From NCBI GenBank assembly GCA_965250285.1, contig OZ252299.1, positions 1,088,001 through 1,152,000 on the forward strand: DNA of 64,000 bases, in the 5' to 3' direction. Below the pieces are notes generated by a model, which saw nothing but the letters and a program-made list of their open reading frames with translations, did no database searches and was not told the DNA's origin. Shown one piece after another: positions 40,439-53,418 of the stretch. The DNA comes from Myxococcota bacterium. Its GTDB lineage: Bacteria > Myxococcota_A > UBA9160 > UBA4427. The position numbers and the translations under genes were made by a program. The stretch's first letter is position 1; each line of letters opens with the position of its first letter.

Positions 40439-41728
40439 TCAGTGCGTTCGGGCGAGGTCGCGCGCACGCAGCGCGAGGCCGCTCGCGACCGAGACCAGCT
40501 CTTCGCCCCCTCGCACCTTCTCGGGGCCGAAGCGTTCGGTGAAGATGCGGCGGACCGCCGGCACGAAGCTCGAGCCGCCCGTCATGAAGACCCGGTCGAC
40601 GCGCGACGGGTCGGTGCCGGTTTCGGCGAAGAGGCCGTCGAGGCAACGCTCGATGCCCGAGAGCTCGTCTTCGATCCAGGCCTCGAACTCGGTGCGTTCG
40701 ACGCGCGCCTCGATGTGCACCGGGTCGTCGTGAAAGACGAACGTGGCGGTCTCGTCCTGCGAGAGTGCCGACTTCGTCGTCTCGACCGACCGGTACAGGG
40801 CGTGCCCGAGGTCGGCTTCGATCACGTGGATCAGGGCCTCGATCTTCTCGGGCTCCTGTGCCCCGTCGAGGGCTTCGAGCAGGAAGCCCATCGTCTTGCG
40901 GCTCTTCAGGAACGACAGATGGTGCCAGCGCTCGAGGTCGCGGTAGATCCAGTTCGGCAGCGGCACGGCGTTGCCCATGAACACCTGGTGGAGCGACCCC
41001 TTGCCGAGGCGCTCGGCGATCACGTGCCGCACGATCTTCGCGTCGAACGCGTCGCCGGCGATCGCCACGCCGGCAGTGCCGATGATGTCGTCGGCGTCGC
41101 GCGCCCGACCGCGATGTGAGGGGCCGACGGGCAGCAGGCAGAAGTCGCTCGTACCGCCGCCGAAATCGGCGATCAGCACGAGCTCGTCGCGGTCGAGGCT
41201 CTGCTCGTAGTGATGTGCGGCCGCGACCGGCTCGTACTCGAAGACGGGCTCGGGCAGGCCGGCCTCCCAGAGCGCCGCCTCGAGGCGCGAGACGGCACGG
41301 CGGTCGTCCTGCTCGTCATCGGCCTTCGCGAAGCGCACGGGGCGACCGACGACGATCGGCCCCTCGATCGCCCCGAGCTGCTCGGCCGACTGGTCGCGCA
41401 GCGGGCGCACCAGCTCGCCGATCAGGTCTTCGAGGGTGCAGGTGCGGCCCATGACGTTCGTCGACTTGAAGAGGCGGCTCGCGAGGAACGACTTCAGACT
41501 CTGGACGAGCCGGCGCTCGTGCTCGCAGTGCAGGTAGCGCTCGATGGCGTCCGGCCCGGCGGCGCTGTGCACGGGGCCTTCGTCTTCGTCGCGGCCGAAG
41601 AAGAGCACCGAGCGGAAGGTCGGCTCGTGGGCGGCGCCGAAGCGAGCGAGGCGCACCTCGCCGCTGTCGCTGGCCCACGCCATCGCGCTGTTCGTCGTTC
41701 CGAAGTCGAGCCCGAAGCCGGCGGACAT
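40439..41728 (-). CDS. Hsp70-family protein, YegD-like
   Basis: GLDFGTTNS, YEPVAAA, ADFGGGTSDF and TGGSS motifs; no substrate-binding domain. Confidence 0.9.
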   Translation of the reverse strand: MSAGFGLDFGTTNSAMAWASDSGEVRLARFGAAHEPTFRSVLFFGRDEDEGPVHSAAGPDAIERYLHCEHERRLVQSLKSFLASRLFKSTNVMGRTCTLEDLIGELVRPLRDQSAEQLGAIEGPIVVGRPVRFAKADDEQDDRRAVSRLEAALWEAGLPEPVFEYEPVAAAHHYEQSLDRDELVLIADFGGGTSDFCLLPVGPSHRGRARDADDIIGTAGVAIAGDAFDAKIVRHVIAERLGKGSLHQVFMGNAVPLPNWIYRDLERWHHLSFLKSRKTMGFLLEALDGAQEPEKIEALIHVIEADLGHALYRSVETTKSALSQDETATFVFHDDPVHIEARVERTEFEAWIEDELSGIERCLDGLFAETGTDPSRVDRVFMTGGSSFVPAVRRIFTERFGPEKVRGGEELVSVASGLALRARDLARTH

Positions 41729-41971
41729 GGTGGCGTCGCCTCCCATCGCTCCAACGACGAAAGCCCGACTCCGTCGCCAGACACCCCCTCCGGCGCGGAC
41801 GGGGACGTCCAGGGACGTCACGGGCGCGTGGAGCGGCTGCAGGGTCGCAGTCGGGTCTTCGGTTCGTTGGAAGGCCGGGAGAGTGCGAAAACTCGAGTCG
41901 GGTCGCAAGGGCTCGCCCAAGCCAGACGCGAGAATGTGTCGCGCCGGACCGGTCGGGCCGGGGGGCGCGGG

Positions 41972-42694
41972 TCAGTCTTTCGCGCTGCTCTGCCCGACGC
42001 GGCGGATGCCGCCCATCGAGAAGTCGAAGAGCCCACCGAGCAGCCGCGCGCGCGTCGCCGCGCGCCGCTGGGGTGGGGTCTCGGTGTACTCGGCGATGGC
42101 GGCCCAGCAGAGGCCGACGACGAGGCGGGCGGCCAGATCGGCGTCGAAGCGCTCGGCGACGGCGCTCCCGGCCGAGTCGGCGATGCGGGCGTAGTCGGTG
42201 GCGAGACTCTCGATCCAGCGCTCGCGGTTCGCTCGGAGGAACGCGCGCACGCGTGGATCGCGGCTGTCGCGCTCCTTCAGCTGGATGCGCCAGATCGAGT
42301 CGTCGGCGTCGGCCAGATCGAAGAACAGGCTCGTGCTGCGCATCGCGATGTCGCGGATCGACCGGCCCGGCGCGGGTCGATGCAGCTCGCGCAGCTCCGC
42401 GCGGAAGACGCGCGCGTGCTCGTCGAGGATCGCGAGGAGCAGCTCGGTCTTGTCGTCGAACTGGTGATAGAACGATCCCACCGAGACGCCGGCGGGCTCG
42501 AGGATGTCGTTGCGGAGGTTCACCCCCGCCAGCCCCTTGGCCGCGAAGGCCGCACGCCCGGCTTCGATCAGTCGGCGACGTGTCTCGAGGGCCGGACCGC
42601 GCCGGCGCGCCGGCGCCCCCGCACGCCCACTGACGCTTCGTCCCGCGTTCGGCCCCGCACCCCGCCCGCTGCTGCTCGTCTGCGACTTGGCCAC
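41972..42694 (-). CDS. TetR/AcrR family regulator
   Basis: TRRRLIEAG..FAAKG..AGVSVGSFYHQFDDK motif. Confidence 0.9.
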   Translation of the reverse strand: MAKSQTSSSGRGAGPNAGRSVSGRAGAPARRRGPALETRRRLIEAGRAAFAAKGLAGVNLRNDILEPAGVSVGSFYHQFDDKTELLLAILDEHARVFRAELRELHRPAPGRSIRDIAMRSTSLFFDLADADDSIWRIQLKERDSRDPRVRAFLRANRERWIESLATDYARIADSAGSAVAERFDADLAARLVVGLCWAAIAEYTETPPQRRAATRARLLGGLFDFSMGGIRRVGQSSAKD

Positions 42695-42961
42695 GGCCCG
42701 AGAGTATCCGAAATCGACAGTCGCCCGGCAGAATTCGGCGTTGGCCCGGTTCGGGAGCGCGCTCAGGTGGGCGAGACCCGCCCATCTGGCGTGAAGCCGC
42801 GATCAAAGCGATCTTGGTGTGCGCGCGTTGGGTGCCGGGACGCGGTCGAGTCCCAGCGCCGTCGACGGCGCGCTCGAGCGCCGGCGACCCGACTTCGAAG
42901 CAGCGTCTGCGGTGCAAGCCGCGGCGGAGCCCGGGGTAGTCGTCGAGCCAAAGGGGGGATC

Positions 42962-45616
<2,655 letters not shown>

Positions 45617-45625
45617 GTCGTGAGC

Positions 45626-45738
45626 ATGAGCCACGGACACGCGTGGGGGCTGAACCGATGAGCCGCGAGACCGAGGTCCGTGCGCGGGCCCGTCGACTGA
45701 TCGAGGTCGCCCGTCTGTCGTGGCGGAGGCGGGGGTGA
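45626..45738 (+). other. Two chained mini-ORFs (45626-45661 and 45658-45738) coupled into the aceF-like start
   Basis: ATGA and TGATG overlaps; the second begins with a near-copy of the aceF 5' end (MSRETEVR versus MSREIEVR). Confidence 0.5.
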
Positions 45739-46922
45739 TGAGCCGCGAGATCGAGGTCCGCGTGCCCGACATCGGTGACTTCGAGGCGGTCGACGTCGTC
45801 GAGATCCTCGTCGCGCCCGGCGACCGGGTCGCCATCGAAGACCCGCTGGTCAGTCTCGAGAGCGACAAGGCGACGATGGAAGTGCCGAGCCCGGTCGCGG
45901 GCGAAGTGCGTGCGGTCAAGGTCGCGCTCGGTGATGCGGTGAGCGAAGGCTCGCTGCTCGTCGTCGTCGCGGGGAGCGAAGCGGCCGAGCCGGCGCCGGC
46001 CGAAGCGGTGGCCGCGCCGCCGCCCGCCCCGATCGAGCCGAGCCTCGAGTCGAGCGAGGCGACCGCGCCGGCAGCGTCTTCGCCCGCGTCTCCGCCGCTC
46101 GCGCGCTTCGCGCACCCTGCGCCGGCTGAGCCGATGGCTCCGGCCCCGGGCGTCGACCGTCCCGTTCGGTCGCACGCAGGGCCAGGGGTGCGGCGCTTCG
46201 CGCGCGAGCTGGGCGTCGACCTGGCGGGCGTCGAGGGCAGCGGCCCGCACGGCCGCGTGCTCGAAGGCGATCTCAAGCACCACGTGCGCTCGACCTTCGA
46301 ATCGGGCGGGGCCCGCGGCGGAGCGGCCATCGCGGGCTACGAGCGCAGCGCCGACGTCACCGACCTCGAAGCGTGGCGCAGGCGCATTCCGACCCCGAAA
46401 GGTGAAACCGCGCCGCCGACGGCGGCCGTGGTGTTGAAGGCGGCGATCGCCGCACTGCGGGCCTTCCCCGAGCTCGGCGGGGTCGAGGAGGGGCGGCCTC
46501 TGGTCGTGGCGGTCGACGGCGCCGCGGTCGGGGGCACGACGCAGCCCGCCCTCGTCGCGCAGGCCGATCTGCTCGGTGTTCGCGAGCTCGCGCAGGCGCT
46601 GGATACGCCGGCCGAGACGGCCGCCGGGATCGATCCCGTGTTTCGGCTGACGACCGACGAGGGGCGCGGCGGACGGCGCCTGCAGCCGGTGCGGGGCGCG
46701 CGCGAACGCTTCGCGCTCGCGGTGGGGCCCGTCGAGGTCGTGCCGCACTGGACGGGCTCGGCCGACGACGCCATCGAGCCCGACTCGACCGCGGGCTTCG
46801 AGCCGAGGCTCTCGATCCCGATCGCCGTCGATGTGGCCCCCGACGTCGCGCCCGAGCTCGCCGATCGGTTCCTCGACCACTGGGCCGAGATCCTCTCGGC
46901 CCCCGCAAGGCTGCTGCTCTAG
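45738..46922 (+). CDS. AceF/E2-like lipoyl-domain protein with degenerate acyltransferase domain
   Basis: LESDKATMEVPS lipoyl motif; binding domain VRRFARELGVDL..GSGPHGRV; no DHRxxDG. Confidence 0.85.
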   Translation: MSREIEVRVPDIGDFEAVDVVEILVAPGDRVAIEDPLVSLESDKATMEVPSPVAGEVRAVKVALGDAVSEGSLLVVVAGSEAAEPAPAEAVAAPPPAPIEPSLESSEATAPAASSPASPPLARFAHPAPAEPMAPAPGVDRPVRSHAGPGVRRFARELGVDLAGVEGSGPHGRVLEGDLKHHVRSTFESGGARGGAAIAGYERSADVTDLEAWRRRIPTPKGETAPPTAAVVLKAAIAALRAFPELGGVEEGRPLVVAVDGAAVGGTTQPALVAQADLLGVRELAQALDTPAETAAGIDPVFRLTTDEGRGGRRLQPVRGARERFALAVGPVEVVPHWTGSADDAIEPDSTAGFEPRLSIPIAVDVAPDVAPELADRFLDHWAEILSAPARLLL

Positions 46923-47034
46923 CCGTCTCGCGATCGCGCGGCCGGCCACTCGACGGTGCGCCCGAACGACCCACTCGCCGGGCGCAGCGGGCCCGGTTGC
47001 ACCGCTCCGGGTGAGCCGGCACAGTCGCGCCCCC

Positions 47035-47739
47035 ATGAGCGAGCTCGGATCGGCCATGTGGAAGGCGCTGGGTCTCGTCGCGGGGCTCGACGCCGAATTC
47101 CTCGAGATCGTCGCGCGGTCGATGCAGCTGAGCCTCGTCGCCCTGGCGCTCGCGTGCGTCGTGGCGCTGCCGCTCGGCGCGGCCCTCGCCCTGGCGCGCT
47201 TTCCCGGCCGGGGCGCGATCGTCGTTCTGTTGAATGCCTCGATGGGCCTGCCGCCCGTCGTGATCGGCGTCTTCGTCTACCTGCTGCTCTCGCGCTCGGG
47301 CCCTTTGGGCGGGCTCGGCTGGCTGTTCACGATGAAGGCGATGATCGTCGTTCAGTTCATCCTGATCACGCCGATCATCGCTTCACTGACGCGCCAGACG
47401 ATCGAGGATCTCTGGGGCGAGTATCGCGAGCTGCTGACCAGCCTCGGCGCCTCGAAGCGTCAGTCGATCCCGACGCTGCTCTACGACGGTCGGCACCGAC
47501 TGACGACGGGGGTGCTCGCCGGCTTCGGGCGGGCGATCGGCGAGGTCGGCGGCATCATCATCGTCGGGGGCAACATCGCCCACGCAACGCGCGTGATGAC
47601 GACGGCCATCGCCATGCAGACGAGCAAGGGCGATCTCGAGCTGGCCCTCGCGCTCGGCCTCGTGTTGCTCGCGCTCGCCGTGGCGGTCAACGCCCTCGCC
47701 GCCTGGCTCACGCGTCGCACCGCCGAGGTGTCGGGATGA
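47035..47739 (+). CDS. tupB: Tungstate ABC transporter permease
   Basis: MGLPPVVIG, SRSGPLG and EVG..GGNI..TRVMTTAI motifs. Confidence 0.92.
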   Translation: MSELGSAMWKALGLVAGLDAEFLEIVARSMQLSLVALALACVVALPLGAALALARFPGRGAIVVLLNASMGLPPVVIGVFVYLLLSRSGPLGGLGWLFTMKAMIVVQFILITPIIASLTRQTIEDLWGEYRELLTSLGASKRQSIPTLLYDGRHRLTTGVLAGFGRAIGEVGGIIIVGGNIAHATRVMTTAIAMQTSKGDLELALALGLVLLALAVAVNALAAWLTRRTAEVSG

Positions 47740-48461
47740 GCGGCGGCGACGGGATCCTGCCGCTGCGCTTCGCTTCGGTCGGCTTCGAAGCCGGCGGCCG
47801 CGAGCTGCTCGGCGACATCGACTTCGAGGTCGAGCGCGGCCGGCCCGTCGTGGTGCTCGGCCCAAACGGCGCGGGCAAGAGCCTGCTGCTTCGCCTCGCG
47901 CACGGGTTGATTGAGCCATCGCGCGGCCGGGTCGAATGGCAGGGACCGCAGGGCGACCGCGCCGGCCCGGCGCAGGCCATGGTGTTCGCCGAGGCCGTGT
48001 TGCTGCGTCGGTCGGTGGCCGCGAACGTCGCGCACGCGCTCGGCGTGCGCGGGATCTCGGCGCCCGAGCGCCAGGCGCGCACCCGGCGCGTGCTGGCCGA
48101 CACGGGCCTCGAGGGCCGCGCGGCGCAGCCCGCACGATCGCTCTCGACGGGCGAGAAGCAGCGGCTCGCACTCGCGCGGGCCTGGGCGCTCGAGCCCGAG
48201 GTGCTCTTTCTCGACGAGCCGACAGGCTCTCTCGACCCGGCAGCGACAGCGCAAGTCGAGTCGATCGTCGAACGCCTCGCGGCCGAGGGGCGTCAGATCG
48301 TGATGACGACGCACGATCTCGGGCAGGCGCGGCGCATTGCGGGGCGTGTGCTCTTTCTGCATCGTGGGCGCCTCGTCGAAGACGCGCCGGCCGATGCGTT
48401 CTTCGATGCACCGGCGAGCGACGAGGCGCGTGCCTTCCTCGCCGGCGATCTCGTCTGGTAG
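47736..48461 (+). CDS. tupC: Tungstate ABC transporter ATP-binding protein
   Basis: GPNGAGKS, LSTGEKQR and LDEPT motifs; ATGA overlap with tupB. Confidence 0.88.
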   Translation: MSGGDGILPLRFASVGFEAGGRELLGDIDFEVERGRPVVVLGPNGAGKSLLLRLAHGLIEPSRGRVEWQGPQGDRAGPAQAMVFAEAVLLRRSVAANVAHALGVRGISAPERQARTRRVLADTGLEGRAAQPARSLSTGEKQRLALARAWALEPEVLFLDEPTGSLDPAATAQVESIVERLAAEGRQIVMTTHDLGQARRIAGRVLFLHRGRLVEDAPADAFFDAPASDEARAFLAGDLVW

Positions 48462-48520
48462 GGGGCCGCCGAGCGGACCGCTCGAAAGCTCGAACGCCAA
48501 AGCAGGAAAGGTTCGACCCG

Positions 48521-49429
48521 GTGTCGCTTCGTATGCTCCTCTCGATTCGTGTGGCCCTGATCGCGTGTGCCTCGCTCGCCGTCTTCGCTTCGGCTCGGGC
48601 CGACGACACGCAGACGCTCACCCTCGCGAGCACCACCTCGACCGAGAACTCGGGGCTCCTCGGCTATCTGTTGCCGAAGTTCACCGAGCAGACCGGTATC
48701 GACGTGCGGGTCGTCGCAGTCGGGACCGGCGCGGCGCTCGAGCTCGGGCGCAACGGCGATGCCGACGTCTTGCTCGTGCACGACACCGAGTCGGAGGAGG
48801 CCTTCGTCGAAGCAGGGCACGGCGTCGAGCGCGTCGACGTGATGTACAACGACTTCGTCCTCGTGGGGCCGAAGGACGACCCGGCCAAGATCGTCGACAA
48901 GGGCGGGGCGCAGATCACCGTCTCGTTGCGGCGGATCTACTACACGCGCGTGCCCTTCGTCTCTCGCGGAGACGACTCGGGGACCCACAAGGCCGAGCGG
49001 CGCATGTGGCGGCGCTCGGGCAAGAATCCGGTCGCCGGTCGCGACGCGTGGTACCGAGAGACCGGCTCGGGGATGGGGGCCGCGCTCAATACGGCCAATG
49101 CGATGGGGGCGTACACGATCAGCGATCGCGGTACGTGGATCTCGTTCCGCAATCGCGGTGACATGAAGATCGTGATCGAAGGCGACCCGCCGCTCTTCAA
49201 CCCGTACGGCGTGATCCTGGTCAACCCCGAGAAGCACCCGCACGTGAAGGCCGAGGCGGGGCAGGCGTTGATCGACTGGCTCGTGAGCGACGCCGGGCAG
49301 AAGGCCATCGGCGAGTTCCAGGTCGAGGGAGAGGTGCTCTTCCACCCGAACGCGAAGCCGGCGGGCGAGGAGGCGGGGGCACCCACTCCGCCTCCTCCTG
49401 CGCCGAAGCCGAGCGGCGAGGCGGGTTGA
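48521..49429 (+). CDS. tupA: Tungstate ABC transporter substrate-binding protein
   Basis: STTSTENSGL, VAVGTG, MYNDF and FVSRGDDSGTH motifs; signal peptide. Confidence 0.93.
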   Translation: MSLRMLLSIRVALIACASLAVFASARADDTQTLTLASTTSTENSGLLGYLLPKFTEQTGIDVRVVAVGTGAALELGRNGDADVLLVHDTESEEAFVEAGHGVERVDVMYNDFVLVGPKDDPAKIVDKGGAQITVSLRRIYYTRVPFVSRGDDSGTHKAERRMWRRSGKNPVAGRDAWYRETGSGMGAALNTANAMGAYTISDRGTWISFRNRGDMKIVIEGDPPLFNPYGVILVNPEKHPHVKAEAGQALIDWLVSDAGQKAIGEFQVEGEVLFHPNAKPAGEEAGAPTPPPPAPKPSGEAG

Positions 49430-49480
49430 GACGCCCGGCGGGCCCATCCGGCCGGCACGGCCTGAGCGGCAGTCGACCCC

Positions 49481-50311
49481 TCAGTCCTCGTACTTCGCGG
49501 GTCGCTTCTCGAGGTTCGAGCGTACGGCCTCGATCTGGTTCGGCTTGCCGATCAGGCCGACCTGCAGCTTGGCCTCGAGTGCCAGCCCGTCGGCGACGTC
49601 GAGATCGCGCGTCTCGTTGAGCAGCTGCTTGCTCGCCCGGACGGCCGAAGGCGACTTCGAGGCGATCGTCTGCGCGAGCTCGAGGGCGTCGTCGAGCGGG
49701 CGCTCCGAGACCTTGGTCGCGAGACCCAGCTCGACCGCCTCGGGGCCCTCGACGATGCGGCCGGTGAACGTCAGGTCCTTCGCGACGTCGAGGCGAACGA
49801 GATTGCGGAGCGTCTGCGTGGCCGACATGTCCGGCACGAGCCCCCATTTGATCTCCATGACCGACATGCGCGCATCGGGCGCGACGAAGCGAATGTCGGC
49901 GCCGAGCGCGATCTGCAGTCCGCCGCCGTACGCGACCCCGTGGATCGCCGCGATCACGGGCTGCGGCACCTCCTGCCAGATCCAGGCGGGGGTCTGCGCC
50001 GTGTTCGCCGGCGTGTCGTCGAGCGTCTGCAGCAGGTTGAGCCCAGGCTTCTTGTCGCCGGTGTCGGCCTTCTCTTGTTGGCCCCCCGCGTTGCCCATGG
50101 CCGCGAAGTTGCTGAAGTCGAGGCCAGCGCAGAAGCCGCGGCCCTCGCCCGACAGCACGATCGCGCGGACGCTGTCGTCGGCTGCGAGCTGTCGACCGGC
50201 CTCGGCGAGGGCGACGAACATGTCGCTGTCGAGCGCGTTCATCTTGTCGGGGCGGGCGAGTCGGACGTCGGCGACGCCGTCCTGGATCGAGATGCGCACG
50301 CGGTCGGACAT
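49481..50311 (-). CDS. Enoyl-CoA hydratase/isomerase family protein
   Basis: FCAGLD, GGGLQIALGAD and EIKWGLVPD motifs. Confidence 0.92.
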   Translation of the reverse strand: MSDRVRISIQDGVADVRLARPDKMNALDSDMFVALAEAGRQLAADDSVRAIVLSGEGRGFCAGLDFSNFAAMGNAGGQQEKADTGDKKPGLNLLQTLDDTPANTAQTPAWIWQEVPQPVIAAIHGVAYGGGLQIALGADIRFVAPDARMSVMEIKWGLVPDMSATQTLRNLVRLDVAKDLTFTGRIVEGPEAVELGLATKVSERPLDDALELAQTIASKSPSAVRASKQLLNETRDLDVADGLALEAKLQVGLIGKPNQIEAVRSNLEKRPAKYED

Positions 50312-50580
50312 GGGGACTCCTCGGTGGTGATCGCGCGGGGGCGATCCGCGCAGGGCCGGGCACGGGGCGCGGCCCGAGAGTGGGGGCAGGGGGCCTGCCG
50401 GGCGGTCGCCAAGCATACCGGATGGGTCGGGCGCGATCCGGGCCCATGTGGGCGCGCACATGGGGCCCCGTGTCCCGATTCGGGGATTCGGGGCCCGAAC
50501 CCGGTCGCCGAGCCCGCGATCACCGGGCCGGGCGGCGCGGTCGCCTCAATCTCGACCCGGGCTCGACCGATGAACCCCCC

Positions 50581-51870
50581 ATGGCTGCTGCACCCCGAAT
50601 TCAAGCTGCTGGTCCCCGAGACTCGGCCGAGCCCGCCCACGGCGCGCTTCCGACGCTCCCCGAAGTCTGCACCGAGATCGAAAGCTGCTTCGACCGCCAC
50701 GGTGCGCTCGGCGTGTTGGTGATCGACGCCCACTCGCTGCACGGCGTCGAGCAGAAGCACGGCGACCGGGCCCGGCTCGAAGTGCTGCATGCGCTCGCGG
50801 CGCTCGTGCACGGGATTCGAGAAGATCGGCTCGAGGGAGATGACCTGGTCGTCCTCGGCGAGATGGGCCGCAACGAAGTCATCGTCCTCTTCTTTCGCGA
50901 GCCGACGAGCGCGGCCTTCTACCGACAGGCGATGCCCGGCTTCGACCAGACCCTGCGCCGACGCCTCGAAGAGCGCGGCGGCAAGGATTTCTACCCCTAC
51001 CTGAGAGGCACCCCCACGCTCTGGACCGGCATGTCGGTGGGCATCCGCAACCCGCAGTACAGCGTGCCGACGCAGCTTCGGCAGCTGGTCGAAGAGGCGC
51101 GCGCCGATGCCGATCTGAGCCGACGCTTCGCTGCCCGTGAGAGCAAGCAGCAGATCAGTGAGCTGATCCTCGACCACGGCATCTACTCGGTCTACGAACC
51201 CATCGTCGACGTGTCGACGCGCACCGTCTTCGCGTATGAGGCGCTCGCGCGCGGACCGCAGGGGACGCCGTTCCACTCGCCGGCCGCGCTCTTCGGTGCG
51301 GCCGCGAAGCACGACCTCGTGTTCGAGCTCGACTGTGTCTGTCGCATGTCGGGGCTGCGCGGCGCGATCGACTTTCCCGAGGACACGAAGCTCTTCCTGA
51401 ACGTGCTGCCGACGTCGATCCACGACCCGAACTTTCGCACGGACCGGCTGATCCAGACGCTCGCCGAGTGCCAGCTGCGCCCGACCGATGTGGTCTTCGA
51501 GATCAGCGAGCAGGAGTCGATCCGCGACCTCGCCGCGTTCCGCGACCTGCGGGACGAGTACCGCGCCCTGGGTTTTCAGTTTGCGCTCGACGACACCGGC
51601 GCGGGCTACGCGGGGCTCGAGGAGATCGTCGAGCTGCAGCCCGAGTTCATCAAGATGGACCGCAACATGGTCTCGGGCATCGACGAAGACCCCGCCCGTC
51701 AGGAGGTGCTGACGGCGCTGCTGACGGTCGCCGAGAAGATGGGCTCGAAGGTCATCGGCGAGGGCCTCGACCGCCTGGAAGAGCTCGAGATGCTCGGCCA
51801 GCTCGGCATCCACTTCGGGCAGGGCTGGCTCTTTGGGCACCCGACGCCGCTCCGCGCTTCCGATCGCTGA
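50581..51870 (+). CDS. EAL-domain c-di-GMP phosphodiesterase with degenerate GGDEF-like N-terminus
   Basis: YEALAR, FLN, FEISE, LDDTGAGY, IKMD, EG and GQG motifs; GGDEF position reads GRNEV. Confidence 0.85.
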   Translation: MAAAPRIQAAGPRDSAEPAHGALPTLPEVCTEIESCFDRHGALGVLVIDAHSLHGVEQKHGDRARLEVLHALAALVHGIREDRLEGDDLVVLGEMGRNEVIVLFFREPTSAAFYRQAMPGFDQTLRRRLEERGGKDFYPYLRGTPTLWTGMSVGIRNPQYSVPTQLRQLVEEARADADLSRRFAARESKQQISELILDHGIYSVYEPIVDVSTRTVFAYEALARGPQGTPFHSPAALFGAAAKHDLVFELDCVCRMSGLRGAIDFPEDTKLFLNVLPTSIHDPNFRTDRLIQTLAECQLRPTDVVFEISEQESIRDLAAFRDLRDEYRALGFQFALDDTGAGYAGLEEIVELQPEFIKMDRNMVSGIDEDPARQEVLTALLTVAEKMGSKVIGEGLDRLEELEMLGQLGIHFGQGWLFGHPTPLRASDR

Positions 51871-51876
51871 GTTCGA

Positions 51877-52488
51877 TCAGCCCCTTCGGTACTCGAGCAG
51901 CAGATTGTTCGCCGGCATCGCGTGACGGGCGCTGCGCGTCAGCCCGTTCGTTTCGGCCAGCGCATCGACGCGGTCGAGTGAGCGAATGCCCCACGCCGGG
52001 TCGCGGCTGCGCAGGCTCTCGTCGAACGACAGGTTCGAGGGCGCCGTCTCGACGTCGCTCTCGAGGAACGGCCCGTAGAGCACGAGCCCACCCCCCGGCT
52101 CGAGCAGCCGCCCGGCGCCCGCCAGCAAACCCTCGCACGCCGCAATCGGTGCGATGTGGATCATGTTCGCGCAGAGGATCACGTCGATGGGCCTCAGGTC
52201 GGCGCTCCAATCGGACTCGGTCGTGTCGACCAAACGCGCGGGGCGGACATTCTCGAGACCGAGGTGACTCACCCATGCATCGATGCTCGCGACGTGCTCC
52301 ACCTCGAGATCGCTCGGTTGGAAGACCGCGTCGGGAACCGCCTCGGCGAAGTGCACGATGTGCTCGCCGCTGCCCGACGCGATCTCGAGGACGCGCATGT
52401 CGGCCGAGAGCAGTGGCCGTAGGCGCTCGAGGATGGGTGCTCGGTTGCGCTCGGTCGCGGGAAAGTGGAGTCGAGCGTCGTCGCTCAT
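51877..52488 (-). CDS. DUF938 family SAM-dependent methyltransferase
   Basis: ATERNR, LEIASGSGEH, QPSD, NMIHI and MPANN motifs. Confidence 0.9.
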   Translation of the reverse strand: MSDDARLHFPATERNRAPILERLRPLLSADMRVLEIASGSGEHIVHFAEAVPDAVFQPSDLEVEHVASIDAWVSHLGLENVRPARLVDTTESDWSADLRPIDVILCANMIHIAPIAACEGLLAGAGRLLEPGGGLVLYGPFLESDVETAPSNLSFDESLRSRDPAWGIRSLDRVDALAETNGLTRSARHAMPANNLLLEYRRG

Positions 52489-53393
52489 CGACGCGGATCG
52501 GTCGCGCGGGCGACTTCGCGGTCGAGGAAGTCGACCACGGCAGCACTGAACTTGTCGTTGCGATCGCCCGCGACCATGTGCCCGGCACCGGTGACGTCGA
52601 CGAACTTCGCATGGGGCGCCTGAGCGAGGAACGTCTTGGCGTTCTCTTCGCTCAGCAGATCGGATTGCCGGCCGCGCACGAGCAGGGTCGGAACGACGAG
52701 CCCCTCGGCCGACGCATCGAGCAGGTTCAGGTCGTCCTGGTGATCCTCGTACTCGTCGAATCGGCCCTCGATGAACGCGGGATCCCAGTGCCAGCGGTAG
52801 CGACCGTCCTCGCGCATCCGGAGGTTCTTCTTGAGCCCGTCGAGGTTCTTGGGGCGCGGGCGGTGCGGGTTGTAGGTCGCGATGGCGTCGGCCGCCTCTT
52901 CGAGGTTCTCGAAGCCTTCGGGCTTCTGGCGCATGAACTCGATGATGCGCCGTGCCCCCGACTCCTCCATGCGCGACGCGATGTCGACGAGGACGAGCGC
53001 CCGGGCCCGGCGTTCGGGCTCGCCTGCGCGCTGTGACTCACCGAGCGCCAGCAGGCTCGAGATGCCGCCGAGGCTCGCGCCGACGAGCACCGGCTTCAGG
53101 TCGAAGGCGTCGGCCACCGCGGCGGTGTCTGCGGCGAACGCGCGGTGCCGGTAGTCGCCGTCCGGGGCCCACTCGCTATCGCCGTGGCCGCGCAGATCCA
53201 TCGCGATCGCATGCCAACCATGCCTTGCAAGCACCTCGCCGGTGCCCGACCAGGCGTGCCGCGTCTGGCCGCCGCCGTGGAGCAGCAAGACAGGCGGCGC
53301 CTCGGGCTCGCCCCAGGCATCCGCCGCGAGGGCGAGGCCCGTGGCCCCGCGCAGGGTGATCGATCGCTTTTCGAGGGTCGAGGCGTCGGTCAT
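52485..53393 (-). CDS. Alpha/beta hydrolase (non-haem haloperoxidase-like)
   Basis: LLHGGGQTRH, GASLGG and AGHMVAGD motifs. Confidence 0.9.
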   Translation of the reverse strand: MTDASTLEKRSITLRGATGLALAADAWGEPEAPPVLLLHGGGQTRHAWSGTGEVLARHGWHAIAMDLRGHGDSEWAPDGDYRHRAFAADTAAVADAFDLKPVLVGASLGGISSLLALGESQRAGEPERRARALVLVDIASRMEESGARRIIEFMRQKPEGFENLEEAADAIATYNPHRPRPKNLDGLKKNLRMREDGRYRWHWDPAFIEGRFDEYEDHQDDLNLLDASAEGLVVPTLLVRGRQSDLLSEENAKTFLAQAPHAKFVDVTGAGHMVAGDRNDKFSAAVVDFLDREVARATDPRR

Positions 53394-53418
53394 CGGTCCT
53401 TCTTCGGCCGGGTCGAGC

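Noticed and set aside
41210..42961. Long N-terminal extension of AceE (1468-aa ORF)
   Set aside because: The upstream part is the antisense shadow of the hsp70 and tetR genes; AceE homology begins at ATG 42962
47736..48461. TupC as a dead ATPase (Q-loop MVFA, signature LSTGE)
   Set aside because: Walker A/B, catalytic Glu and the H-loop are intact; the deviations are too small to call
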